From contig JBNJNM010000009.1 of NCBI GenBank assembly GCA_052426225.1, positions 868,001 to 932,000 on the forward strand: a stretch of 64,000 nt of DNA, read 5' to 3'. The position numbers were made by a program, and so were the translations under genes. Below are positions 10,486-22,845 of this stretch, in pieces (position 1 is the first letter of the stretch; every line of letters starts with the position of its first letter). Source of the DNA: Zancudomyces culisetae HAW-14-8. Taxonomy: Eukaryota; Fungi; Kickxellomycota. The notes under the pieces are model-generated. The model saw nothing but the letters and a program-made list of their open reading frames with translations. It was not told the origin of the DNA and searched no databases.

Positions 10486-12486
10486 CTTTCTAATAAGTAA
10501 CGAATATTTAATCTAAATTATGTGTGAAATATTTCATTGATGTAACCGGTATTTTCAAGAAATGTTTGATCTAGAGATAAAGTATTATTTCTAATAACAA
10601 TGAAATATATTATGCCTCGTTTTTCCGGATACTATTAATTGTGTACCAATAATTATTATATTCGAAAATGTTTCTATATTCATGTTATTATTTATTTATT
10701 CATAATCTTTAATTTAGGTGAATAAATAAATTTGATAAAAGTGAATATACATATATAAACATTATACTTAATGGTACATGTAAAAAGACAGAAAACACAA
10801 GAAATATCTTATCTTATATATAAAAGTTTACAAATAAAAATTTTTATACTGCATATAAACCGATGTCCAACTCATCTTTTCTTTTGCAATGTACTAAACC
10901 GGCTTATAATTAATTCAAAGTATTTAAAAATTAAAAGATAAATGATCGATATTGAGTCAAAATGCAAACGTTTCAGTGGAAGATTTCAGTAATTCTGTCA
11001 AAAACCCACTCCATCATCAACTGCTTGTCCAGCTCCAAAGTGTGATGTATAACTTTCACTGGCTAAGCAGTATAGAGCTAAGAATAATGAGATAATATTT
11101 GCTTTTTTTTTCAACAAAAACACTAGAAAACTGTTTTACAAGGATGATTTCAAATTGGTCAAAAATGGATGTTTATTCTGCTAAGCGCGTTATCCAGTGA
11201 GTTTGTGGATGGTGTTATTACATTAATTTGTTGTTTTCTTTTAACCATAAAATATGGTTAATGTATTTATGTAATACACAATTTACAAAAGAGCAATAAA
11301 ACGCATATTGAGTCAATTATTTTGTATGCCAAGTTTGTGATTGAAGTTAATTAGATCTTCTAATCAATAATGACTATTGATGTGTTGTAAAGCGATAGTG
11401 GTAAGAACGGGCCATGCGTTATATTTGAAATCTTCACTGTTTGATGTTAAAGAATTGGTTTTTAGAGATTACAGAATGAATTAGAATAACGGATTTACTT
11501 ATCAACACTTTGACTAATCTGGGATATGATCACAAAGCCAAACTTGGAATTAAAGTAAAAATATGAAATAGACACGAAGAAACCGCATGTAAACTATCAA
11601 GTTCATTTCTTGGCCTTTTTGATCTTCAGCCAGCAGTGTTATTGATAGATTTGAAGTTAACTAGGGTAAAATAATATAAAAATAGAATGTGAATTGGTTT
11701 TAGTTTACATGTTCTATTTTAGTGATCAAGAAAATGAACTCCGAAATGGGACCTTTCTAGTTTGATTATATTTTTTGGGCGCAGCAAGCAATCCTTTAAT
11801 GACAAAGATAAACCAACCCCGCTACTTTTTTTAGTTCTGTGTTTCAAAAATGTCAATTTTATACGTTATTACTTTGGTAATAGTGTGTTGCCCGAGGTGT
11901 TCCAAAACTATAAAAAAAATTAGTGACTCCCATAGCCTCCTCAATTTATCTAGTTAATGACCAGGTATTACGGGTTATTCGCTAACAATGTCGTGATTGT
12001 ATGGGAATGAGGTTTCCGATAATATTAAAGTTAGAGTTGCCAAAATAAATTTAGAAATTTTGTGAATGAATAACGAAATATTTGTGCAATATTGCTCATT
12101 TGATAACAGATAATCTTTAATCACAAATATCTATGAACATTTTTTTCTGTCCAATTAAGTGACATTATTTATTTATCATTTGGTAAAGTATTAATTTTTT
12201 GGATAACGTTAGTAATCAAAGTCATATCAGTGGAAAAAAAAAATAAACACACCAAAGAAAATGTGAAAAATTGAAATTGTGAAATGTGAGTGCTTAAAAG
12301 TTATTTTTAACCAAGGTACCAGTTATTTTGAATGGTATTAGCAACAGAACGGATTATGATATAAATACAGGTAATAATTCCGTTCGTAAGCAAAAGATAA
12401 GACAAAAATATTAGCAGAAGAACAAGCAATACAAGCTATCTTTATATCTGCATAGACATAAACGTAAAACACACACATGCGAAAAT

Positions 12487-13878
12487 ATGGTCGTGAATAA
12501 GCAAGCAGAAGTGGAGGAGCTTTACAAATACAACCATTTGGTTGGGCGCGTAGAAAACAGAAACACCATAATTATACCAGAGTTTGAATTGGAATGTGGT
12601 GAAACCTTATACAGTGTTCCAGTAGCATACTCAGCGTTTGGGGAACTGAATGAAGCAAAGGATAACTGCATAGTAGTCTGCCACGCGTTTTCTGGAAATA
12701 GTGATGTGTCAGAGTGGTGGGGGCCATTACTGGGAAGCGGAAAGGCATTTGATACAGATAAATTTTTTGTAATATGCTGCAATGTCTTGGGCGCACCATA
12801 CGGAACAGCGAGTCCACTAACACTGGACAAAAGAACAGGTAAAAACTATGGGCCAACATTTCCACTAACAAGTGTGCGAGATGATGTCAGACTCCACAAA
12901 CGCGTAATAGTTGACGAACTGGGTGTCAAGGAAATCGCTCTAGTAATAGGAGGTAGTATGGGTGGAATGCAAGCATTGGAGTGGGCATTTACATATAAGG
13001 ACATAGTAAAGACATTTGTGCCTATGGCCACTAGCGGACGTCATTCAGCATGGGGGATCAGCTGGGGAGAAATGCAGAGACAAGCAATTTATGGAGATCA
13101 AAACTACAACAACGGATATTACACTATGGATAAAAAACCAGACCATGGGCTCAGCACTGCACGCATTGCAGGAATGTTGACATATCGATCATTTGAGTCG
13201 GCTCACAGAAAATTCGGAAGAAAAACTCAGGGAAGACATCTGAAAAGATTAAATGCAAGAGAGACAACTAGTGAAGGTGATAAAGAAACTACCACTAAAG
13301 CCACTAATGGAACAAAAACAAATTCAAATCCAAATCCAAATCCAAACGACGATAGAGATGCACCCACAATATATTCAGCTCAGGGATATTTGAGATACCA
13401 AGGAGAAAAGTTTGTAGATCGGTATGATGCTAATTGTTTTTTAGCAATATCAAAGAAACTTGACACTCATGATTTGACATACCATCATCCAAAATTCAAC
13501 TATCTTGATGGTCAAGAGGGAACTAGTGATAACACCACATTTGGTGCAGAAGATGATGAAGAGCTAGATGAAGAGGAAATGTATAAACAGGTGTTGGCGT
13601 CAGCCCAGCAGCCTTGTATGGTAGTAGGAATAGAAAACGACGGGATATTTTCAATCAAAGAGCAATACGAGTTGGCCAAGTACATCCCAAATGCAAAGAT
13701 GGAGTTGCTATCCAGCACAGAAGGACACGATGGATTTTTGCTTGAGGTCAAACAAGTATCAAGAATGCTCAAACGGTTTATTAGAGAAAATCTACCAAAG
13801 TTCAATAGTGATGAGGACAGCGACAGCAGCATTTGTAGTGCTGAGAGCAGCATGAGCTATTTGATGTATTCTAAATAA
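12487..13878 (+). CDS. MET2: Homoserine O-acetyltransferase
   Basis: Alpha/beta-hydrolase motifs CHAFSG, WWGPLLG, GGSMGG nucleophile, YLRYQGEKFV.RYDAN, GHDGFLLE; 463 aa, intronless. Confidence 0.95.
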   Translation: MVVNKQAEVEELYKYNHLVGRVENRNTIIIPEFELECGETLYSVPVAYSAFGELNEAKDNCIVVCHAFSGNSDVSEWWGPLLGSGKAFDTDKFFVICCNVLGAPYGTASPLTLDKRTGKNYGPTFPLTSVRDDVRLHKRVIVDELGVKEIALVIGGSMGGMQALEWAFTYKDIVKTFVPMATSGRHSAWGISWGEMQRQAIYGDQNYNNGYYTMDKKPDHGLSTARIAGMLTYRSFESAHRKFGRKTQGRHLKRLNARETTSEGDKETTTKATNGTKTNSNPNPNPNDDRDAPTIYSAQGYLRYQGEKFVDRYDANCFLAISKKLDTHDLTYHHPKFNYLDGQEGTSDNTTFGAEDDEELDEEEMYKQVLASAQQPCMVVGIENDGIFSIKEQYELAKYIPNAKMELLSSTEGHDGFLLEVKQVSRMLKRFIRENLPKFNSDEDSDSSICSAESSMSYLMYSK

Positions 13879-13988
13879 TCCGGTTTTATTTCAACGCTAA
13901 TCACAAACAAACCAACTAACCAACTAACTAACAATGAAAGGAAAAAGAAAAAGAGAAAGAAAAGGAAAGGAAAACAATATTTTGATGA

Positions 13989-16628
13989 TTAGTCTTTGAT
14001 TTTCAGCTTTTTGTTTATATGAGCATCTTCAGTCTGGAAATCAACCTTGTCATTTGCATCAATATCCATTTGGTTCTCATTCTCTCCCTCAGCTGTGGTC
14101 CACTCGACAACCAACCTTCTTCCGTACAAGTGAGTCGAATCGCTAGTGCTGTTGAAGGCCTTTAGAGCTTCGTTTTTGGTAAGGAATTCCAAGAACGCAA
14201 ATCCTCTATGGCTATATCCACTGCTGTTGCTGGAATTGTAGGATGGTCTCTTTGGCAATCGGACCTTTTTCAACTGGCCGAATGTCTGGAATAGCTGGGT
14301 GATGTCCTTCTTGGTAGCTTCAAAAGGAATGTTTTTTACTATTAGTCTATTGCTAATTGCCTTTTCATTATCGGTTTCCTCCTTGGCATCTTCATTGTTT
14401 TTTGTATTTGATGTTTTTGATAATTGTAATTGTAATTTATGTCCATCTATTTTCAGCTCTTCCTTTGAAAGTTTCTTCAGTGCCCGCTTGGCCACTTTGG
14501 GGTTGGAAAACTCTGCAAATCCAAACCCTTTTCGGATCGATATTGCTTGGAATCCATCAAATGGCTTGAATAGCTTTTCAATGGTAGACTTTTTGCTGTC
14601 AAAGTTGATGTTTTTAATGAAAATAACATTACTTGCAGCATCGGCCATATCGTTATCATCGTCATTCTTACTATTATCCACATTACCGGCTTCTGCATCA
14701 GCGTCCTCGTTACTTTTTTGACCTGCAGCTTTTCCAACTGGAGTATATTCATGGCTGAACAGGTTTTCAGGTGCCCATTCTAGATACAGTGGCTTGTCAC
14801 CAACGCGCTTATATGCTAGATATTTGAATGCACTTTTTGCCTCGTTGGATTCCAAAAACTCTACTATCGCTATTGTGCCCGCCATTGGTGGTACCAACAC
14901 TCTTCCCAAAGATCCATGTGCCGAAAACATGTCTCTAATAGCCTCAACCTGTTCTTCTGTATTTTTATTAAACCCAATATTTTTGACCAAAATAACTTTG
15001 TTTGACCGTTTTTTGTTTTTGCTATTTTGAAAGTTTTTTAGCTCAATTCCGTTGTCCTCAAAGTATTTTTTGCTGCTCTCTACAATATGTGTTTCAGCTA
15101 TAGCCAGCTTTACTGCAGCTGACATTCCCCCTTTTGCCCTTTCCGATCCATCTGCTTCATCACCGTCATTATCATCGTTCATTCCTCCTCCTGCCGCCTT
15201 GTTCATCAAAATGTCGCTCTTGTCAATCTTCAATCGTTCACTAATCGATTCTGCTATCGCATCAGCAGACATGTACAAACTATTCCAGTTAAATTCATTA
15301 CTACTCATCTCCTTTAGTTTTTTTTGTAGTTTGCTTTTGTAGCTCTTGTTTTCGTTGTCATCGCCACCATCTTCCTCTTTTTTTTCTTTCTTATCCTTTG
15401 CTGGAATAATATGCAGTATTCTACCCATAAACGGCTTTCGGTCTAGTGCTATATATGCTTTAACCGCGTGCTCTGGCATCACATACATTACATAGCAATA
15501 CCCCTTCATCTGCTTCGTTTCTTTGTCTATTGGCATGTGCACCTCGGTTATTGGTCCATATCTTCCAAAGAGTTTTGTTATATCTTCTTCTGTTACAAGA
15601 TATGACAGATTTCGAACATAAAGTCTTCCATTATCTAGTATTTCTCCCTTGTTTCTTCGTCGTATATCCGCTTCACGCTCACGATTATCACCCTCATCCT
15701 CGCTTTCCTTTTCATCACTCTTTCCACCTTCACCCTCACCCTCACCCTGACCTTCCTTTTCTCCATTTTGACCCTTCACCTCATCATTTTCTTTCTTCTC
15801 TTTACCAACATTCTCACCCTTTGTATCCACATCCTCCTTTCCCACCTTCATATGTTTCTTTAACCATTCCATGTCCTCCTCAAATTCCACTTCCACTTCT
15901 TTATCATCTTTCTTCTCTTCAGTGTTTACACTTGTTTCCTCTTCATCGTCAAACTTCAAATGTGTCTTTACCAGTTTCAAGTTCTCACCTCCCATTTTTT
16001 TACTTTTTACCTGCTCAACTTTGGTGTTCTTCTTTGCCTTGATCGCCTTCATAATCACCTTTTTTTCTATTTCATTATAGCTTTCATCATTTCCCCAACT
16101 TTTGCTTTTTGCTCTTCCACCCATCACCGCCAAAAACTCTTGAAACCTTGGATCCCTCGCATATTTCTCCACTGTTTCCTCGTATAGAGTTTTCACTACA
16201 TTTTCTTCCTTCAACTGTGTGCCCTCATTCTCATTCTCATTCCCGTTTTCTTCATTCTCTCCCTCCTTTTCTTTCGCCTCTTTCTTTAGCCGCTCTTGCT
16301 CCTTTCTTTTCACCTTTTCCTCCTCTTCTTGTATCTTTCTTCTTGTAATTTTGCTTCTTGGCTGATCCAGGATCGCGTCCTCCCGGCTCTTTGCTATTTC
16401 CACAGTAACTTTGCTTGTATCTATAAATGTTCCATTAAAATACTTGACCGCTCTTTTTGCTTCCTTCTCGGTACTGTATCCTACAAATCCAAACTTTCGG
16501 CTCTCTCCTGTTTCCGAATTGTATATTATCCTGCTATCTGTAACTGTCCCCTTTTGGGAAAAGTGCTCCTTCAACCTTTCCTCTGTATACCTCTTTGGTA
16601 AGTTTTTTACTATTATTCTTGAGCTCAT
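13989..16628 (-). CDS. MRD1: Multiple-RRM nucleolar pre-rRNA processing protein (RBM19 ortholog)
   Basis: MSSRIIVKNLP start, five RRMs, FNWNSLYMS..A and AVKLAIAET motifs, THLYGRRLVVEW. Confidence 0.95.
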   Translation of the reverse strand: MSSRIIVKNLPKRYTEERLKEHFSQKGTVTDSRIIYNSETGESRKFGFVGYSTEKEAKRAVKYFNGTFIDTSKVTVEIAKSREDAILDQPRSKITRRKIQEEEEKVKRKEQERLKKEAKEKEGENEENGNENENEGTQLKEENVVKTLYEETVEKYARDPRFQEFLAVMGGRAKSKSWGNDESYNEIEKKVIMKAIKAKKNTKVEQVKSKKMGGENLKLVKTHLKFDDEEETSVNTEEKKDDKEVEVEFEEDMEWLKKHMKVGKEDVDTKGENVGKEKKENDEVKGQNGEKEGQGEGEGEGGKSDEKESEDEGDNREREADIRRRNKGEILDNGRLYVRNLSYLVTEEDITKLFGRYGPITEVHMPIDKETKQMKGYCYVMYVMPEHAVKAYIALDRKPFMGRILHIIPAKDKKEKKEEDGGDDNENKSYKSKLQKKLKEMSSNEFNWNSLYMSADAIAESISERLKIDKSDILMNKAAGGGMNDDNDGDEADGSERAKGGMSAAVKLAIAETHIVESSKKYFEDNGIELKNFQNSKNKKRSNKVILVKNIGFNKNTEEQVEAIRDMFSAHGSLGRVLVPPMAGTIAIVEFLESNEAKSAFKYLAYKRVGDKPLYLEWAPENLFSHEYTPVGKAAGQKSNEDADAEAGNVDNSKNDDDNDMADAASNVIFIKNINFDSKKSTIEKLFKPFDGFQAISIRKGFGFAEFSNPKVAKRALKKLSKEELKIDGHKLQLQLSKTSNTKNNEDAKEETDNEKAISNRLIVKNIPFEATKKDITQLFQTFGQLKKVRLPKRPSYNSSNSSGYSHRGFAFLEFLTKNEALKAFNSTSDSTHLYGRRLVVEWTTAEGENENQMDIDANDKVDFQTEDAHINKKLKIKD

Positions 16629-17027
16629 TTTCTAATCCTCTTCCACCCCTTTTCGATATATACAGTTTTATTGCTTTAGTATTGCCTCTTTTGTTTTTTT
16701 TTGACTTGATTCTATATTTTTAATATTTCCCTTAGTATCGTTATAATGCAATATTTAGCACTATTTTAAGTTCATTCAGCAAATGTAGAAAAAAAAATTT
16801 TTTTTTTTTTTTTACAACTTTGGATCAATATTCGCGATTTCTAATTTTCACATTTTTTTGTATTTCCTAATAAGCCTTTTACAAAGACAATGAAATTTAC
16901 CCAATAACAGCTTGGGCGATTTATATTTATATGTTTTTTCGCCCACGTTTTCTGTATTGAGTTTTAAGGATTCTGCTAAACCAACTAAAGCTACTAATAG
17001 AAAAGTATTTGGAATTGCTCTTTTATA

Positions 17028-18222
17028 ATGTCGCAAGTTATAAATTTCTTTAAAGAAACAAATATTAGTTTCATAAACACTGTAATTATCGCTAGCAGTG
17101 CGTTTTTTTTGGGTAGATTCACCTATTCTACCTCTCGAAAGAAAAATCTGAATAGAAACGAAAATATGTCCGACAAGCCTGAAAATGTAAGTTTTCCATG
17201 TTCGTTTTGTATAATGTTTAGAGTTATGCCATTTTAAGTCACTATTATTTTTCTGCTTTTTTTTACACCCCCTTCCTTATTTCTAGCTAAATTGTGACTT
17301 TTTTACGTAGGGAAAGCTGGATCCTGTAAAATTCGCTAACGCATTTTCACAAAACATCAAATTGGTAAGCTTTTCTTTTTTATTACCTCTAATAAACATT
17401 CATAAGGATACACTCTAACTCACTTTGTTATACACATCAATTTAACTAATAAAGGTCCTGGTAATCAGAAACGATTTGGGAATGAAAAAGGGAAAAGTTG
17501 CAGCACAGGTATGTTTTTACTTTCTAGCGTTTCATTTTCAAAGTTGGTCTGTTCAATTATCTATCTACAGGCCCAAAATTTTGCATTTCGACTAGTGCAA
17601 CTACATATACCTCTTGAAACAGGATTTTATCAGACAAAACATATAGCATCTGAATGTTAACATAACATAATATATATTTACACATATATATTCTAGTGTT
17701 CACACGCAACATTGGCCTGTTACAAGTCTATTATGAAATCAAACAAACCTGTAACCCATCTCTTTTTTTAATTCGGTTTATTGTTATATTTGCTGTAACT
17801 TTTAGACTTATTACTAAACATCATAACGATTTTCATTTTATAACTGGATACAGATGTTAAAAGCCTGGGAACTTACAGGCCAAGCCAAAGTCACCCTAAA
17901 AGTCGATAGTGAAGAAGAAATGTAACTCATTTAGATCTTTTACTTCTTATGCTTCTTTATTGTCTAGCACTATATATTATTTGTGGACGTTTTAACATAA
18001 GCACCAATTACTTTTCACAAGGTTAACGAGTTATAAACAATGTATTAACTTGAAAATAGGATGGAGATGTACAAAAAGGCAAAGAAACTAGGGTTAACTG
18101 CGGAATATATTTGCGATGCTGGACGAACCCAAATTGCTGCTGGTTCAAAGACTGTGTTAGGTGTAGGACCTTACACTGCCGATGTGATTGATCAAGTCAC
18201 AGGCCATTTAAAGCTGTATTAG
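17028..18222 (+). CDS. PTH2: Peptidyl-tRNA hydrolase 2; six exons (17028-17186, 17311-17364, 17455-17508, 17697-17750, 17854-17921, 18060-18222)
   Basis: Manual GT-AG splicing gives an N-terminal TM anchor followed by [55 protein letters not shown] and VTGHLKLY*. Confidence 0.93.
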
Positions 18223-18599
18223 AATCTCTTTTTTATCTTTGATATCACTTCAAAAGGGTTTTATATTGGTTTAGCCTTTCTGGCATCACTATTAAGCATA
18301 TCAAGGGAATAACCTCTTACTCGTTGGCTTGCCAATACAAACATAATAATGCGAATTTTCACCTCTTTTCTCTGTTTAAGATTTTTTTATTTCATAATAC
18401 TCAATTCAAAAAAGTTTAATTCGAATTAAAATAATTATAAGGTAGCTATACCAAAAAAAAGGACAACAATTTTATTGTAACTATAAAAAACAAACAAACA
18501 TCAAAATGCCGGACATATTCATTGCTCACTAGTCACTGGTCATTGCCTATTGCCCATTGCTCTTGCAACTTTTTCAGTTTTCAATTTATTGGATTAATA

Positions 18600-19463
18600 T
18601 CAATACGAGGTAAACGGCTTTCCACAAGCAATACTATTTTCACCAATAAAATGACATACACCTCCCTGATTACACTGGTTGGACACATACAGGCCAGTTG
18701 CTTGGTCACAACTAAGGTATTCCCTATAATTGAATCCTATACATTTGTAACTGTTGCCGCTACAACTATCTCCGGCCTTGAAAAAGGCGAATACTCTTTC
18801 TGGTGCTGGAAATCCTCTGTTCAACTCCAATGCTCCAATAGGGTCAGGTCCTAGAACTTTCAGCCCATCTATACCAGATGAAGCGACTGCACTTGTTTCA
18901 CTGGAGTCACTAGAATCGCTGGTGCTACTAGAATCAGTGGACTCTGAAGCATCACCAGAGCTGCTAGAATCAGTGGAATCGCTGGATTCGGTTGAATTAC
19001 TGGATTCAGTAGTTTCACTGGTCTCTGTTGAATCACTAGATTCTGATGTATCGCTTGTTGAGCTATTATCACTGCTACTGCTTTCACCTTTATCCTCACT
19101 CTTATCCTCACTATCACTATCACTATCACTATCACTATCACTATCACTATCATCATCAACGTCGTTTTTCTTTTGCTCGATATTACTCTCATTGTCGGGA
19201 TTTGTAATATCTGTCACAGTTTGTATCTCCAAATCGCTACTAACATTTAATACAGCGGAATCTTCAGCACCGTTACCTAAAAGTTGATCTATTAAGCGTG
19301 CTTTGTCTTTATTTGAGACTCCAGTCACATCTCTTTTTCCTATTGGTACAGCCGCTACACCGGTATAGCTGCCCATCAAAATGGAAAGCACCAGTAATTT
19401 GTTCAAACTGGTAGACTTCGAAATTGAAGCAAACATTTCTTTTGAAAGCCCTGAAACTCTCAT
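18600..19463 (-). CDS. Secreted Ser/Asp/Thr-rich protein with C-terminal six-Cys domain (CBM19-like, putative chitin-binding)
   Basis: Hydrophobic signal segment, KR processing site, DSDSDS and SSD/STES low-complexity linker, six-Cys C-terminal domain. The domain assignment is an inference. Confidence 0.75.
   Translation of the reverse strand: MRVSGLSKEMFASISKSTSLNKLLVLSILMGSYTGVAAVPIGKRDVTGVSNKDKARLIDQLLGNGAEDSAVLNVSSDLEIQTVTDITNPDNESNIEQKKNDVDDDSDSDSDSDSDSDSEDKSEDKGESSSSDNSSTSDTSESSDSTETSETTESSNSTESSDSTDSSSSGDASESTDSSSTSDSSDSSETSAVASSGIDGLKVLGPDPIGALELNRGFPAPERVFAFFKAGDSCSGNSYKCIGFNYREYLSCDQATGLYVSNQCNQGGVCHFIGENSIACGKPFTSY
19108..19152. repeat. (TCACTA)n coding microsatellite (Asp-Ser repeat)
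   Basis: About 7 direct hexamer copies inside the secreted-protein ORF. Confidence 0.9.
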
Positions 19464-22400
19464 TATTTTTATTTCTTTTTTTTTTAAAAAAAATTATATT
19501 CTTATTGTCGTGTCGTTGTGTTTTGGAATTTTCAAATGTATTATGATTGATTACAAAACGAAATGATACTAGATATTGATTTTTGAAAAGATTTTCGGAC
19601 GTATATTTTTATTGTTTTTTATACCAACTTTTTTTGTAGCTGTACTTATAGAACATGAGTGGGTTAACTTATTAGCAAACAGCCGACTTCATAAAGTTCA
19701 TTATACTTGTGTTCTATCTATTAAAGCTTAGTTACTAAATGTAATGTCATTCCACCTTATTTTCTTCCAAATGTATTTGCAACAATACAGTCGTGAAATA
19801 GGTGAAGGTAGGAATAGTTTTCACAGGAACTTTGCTATTCATGTGTATTTTTTATCAGGATACAGTTGTATTGTTTAACGCGTTAGCTTAGTCTTGTAAG
19901 CAACGCAGCTGTGAGTTAACTTGACCTTGAACAATATCCAATTACTATTTTCTAGTCTCATGATTCTTTTTTTCAAAAAGATGTAAACAAAAAGTTAGGG
20001 AAGGAAAAGTGAAAAGAAATAAAGAGAAACACATAAACTCGTTTCTAGGAAAAGAGATGCGCGGTTTGTGAGGATGCCTGGTTAATTCCCCTGCCTTGTA
20101 CACAGCTAAACCAGCCATGAAAAAATAAAATAATAGTATAGAACTCTGCAATAACCAATGTTTTATTTTAATTTATTTATTTTTGCACATGTGATACCCA
20201 TGATCATTATATCAAAAGTTCGCCACAGCTTGAAATACCCACTTTGAAAGAGTGATTTTTGTATATTCAACCTTGCTTGCTTATTGGCTGCATCTCTTTG
20301 TAAAATATTTCCTTGGTATTTGTGTAACAATTCAATTGCGAAAAAAAAAAACATTGCTAATCAATAACACGGCTATTTATTATTAAGGTGTGTTGTTGGA
20401 AAGAAAAAAAAGGGATCAAATAAAAGCGGAGAAAATGGTGGATACTGCCAACCACTACTGCGTGCTATTAGCCATAAATGTTCATGTGTTCAATGCACTT
20501 TAGAAGGGTTGAGCAATAGAACATCAGATTTTATAGATGTTTGACAAAAAAAAAGTAAAGACCAACTTTTGGCTTTTCGCAGCTTGGCACTGGTATTAAC
20601 TATGCTGATTTTCTTTTTTGTGTTTACAAGAAGGAAAGCGTAAAGGTCATGACCAAGAGTTTAGCCAAAAACAACAAAAAGAAACGATATACTTCTATTA
20701 GTTTCAGCGAGACAATTTCCATCTCTAATACCACCCTCTTCACTTTCACCACACGAGTTTTAATTATATGGTTTAATAGTTAAGGTTTCAAAGTTTAAAT
20801 AAAAATTTGCCCATTCATTTCTTTGTTTTAAGAGTTGAACTTGATTTGAGATATTAATTTTTTTTCGCTTAATGTATTGAACCTGTCACACAATGAAGGG
20901 TAAAAACGATTTGATTTATTGCATTTGACATAATCATATTTGTTTTACCGTCTTGTAAATTATTTTACCGGCAGCACTGACATGGAGGGGGAAGGGTGAG
21001 GGTGAGTGGATGGAGAGAAACGCAAAGCGCAAATATTGATACTGAGAGAAAAAATGACTTGTGGTCTTCGAGCTGAAGACAATTTACAGATTGTAGATTT
21101 ATTTGGTGAAGTTAATACAGATGAGAAATTCGAGAATAAAGATAGTAGAAATCAGAAAAAGAACCATTATTGTTATTAACCCAGAAAAGAAAAAAAAAAA
21201 AGAAAACGTAAAAGAGACCATATAAGCTAGGTTCACAAGCTAACCTTTTTAACTTGTATATCGCTTTGAGAAGTAATTATTTAAAATATATTTTTCCGAC
21301 ACGCACGTCTTTTTATGAGCAAATCAACGAGTGTGATAACAAAGAGATTGCTGAAAAAAATCTGTCGAGTCGGAAAAAATGAAGTTGGGAAGCAGGGTGA
21401 TGTGTGGTATGTGATGAGCTTTAGATTCATCAAAAAAATACAAGTAGAATAAAAGAATCTATTTAATAACAAACAAGTAGAGCAAAGAAAAAGAAAGAAA
21501 AGAAAAGGCAAGTTTATAGAAATGACAATAACCATCACTTGCCAAACATTTTACACGTATTCCTGCAACGCTACCTATTATTCCACCGAATAAAGTGGTG
21601 TTAGAGATATAAAAATGTTAAATAACTCTACAAACATCTTGAATTTACCTTGCACTAATGTTCTATGATAACTCAAATAGGACTTGAGAGCAAATCGGAT
21701 TTTGGTGTGTACTGTGCTAGCAGGAAAACCATCAAGATCAAGTTGAAACTAACTAAATAATAAAAGCAGATAAACCCATAGATTTCGCTCTCTCCCCCCT
21801 TTTCTCTTCATTGTTCAAATAATAATTTACTACCTCTCCCCCTCCCTTTTGAGTCATTTTAACTTTAGTACAAACTGATTTTACCTCGGCGACTAGGCGC
21901 ATGCTGCATTTGATTATTGCTGGCCGTGTAAGATTATCATTGTCTTGTTCTCACAAATAAGACAATACATCACTGGGGATATAATTATACTTGTTTATAT
22001 TAACACGAAACTCTCTTGGTAAAGATATCAATATTACTAGCTTGTTTAATAATAGCTAAAATACCCACTTAAAGGTGACTATAAAGACAGTGATACTTGT
22101 AATTGTGCGCTTTGAGGTATATATCCCATGGAATTTGTTGTAACAATGGCTAATTGCGTTAATATGAGTTTTATTTTACACGAGTATTGTTTTATATACT
22201 TTACCATTGTGCTATACAGATTAAAAGCAAAAATAAAGATTAAAGGAATACAGGTTTGTTATTTTCAGACAAGTATCAATGTGCAAACTAATAAAAACTA
22301 AGAAACAGGATCACACCCTTCCACCCTTTCCTTTTTTCATAGATTTGGGAGTATACGGTGCAGCTATTTAGTTGAAGCTGAGGGCTGATGTACTAGCTAA

Positions 22401-22845
22401 ACACAAAGACACTCTCAAATCATCTTTAAGGTTGAAAAAAAGCACAAGTTTGTACGACTAGGTACAAGAAAAAAGTATGTGTACTCAAGCGAGTTTTATG
22501 CTCTGGAAAAAAATGTTCAATTATAACTTTGTGATGGATTGAAAAGCTCAGAGGTGGTAAGGTGATGAGGAGGAGGGAAAAGAGGGAAAGGAGTTTGTTT
22601 TTTGTAAACGAGTTTGATCTTGGTTTTCCAATTATTATGTGTGCAAAAATGGATGGTGTGTTACAAATTATTGCAACTGAAAAAAAAAAGAAAACCCAAT
22701 TATATGGCGAAGTGTGGAGCAGTAGGACAAGGGGGGAAGATTTCAAACTTTCCACCAAAAAAAAAAAGTATTGTTTACTGTTTTGAAAGGTTCACCTAAA
22801 AAGATTTGATATAATAAAAATTAAAGAAAATTCAGAGAATAGACA

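Noticed and set aside
16789-16813. RRPE-like A-tract/T-tract in the MRD1-PTH2 divergent promoter
   Set aside because: Similar A/T tracts occur near 25872 and 34446 upstream of unrelated genes, so they are probably generic nucleosome-excluding sequence.
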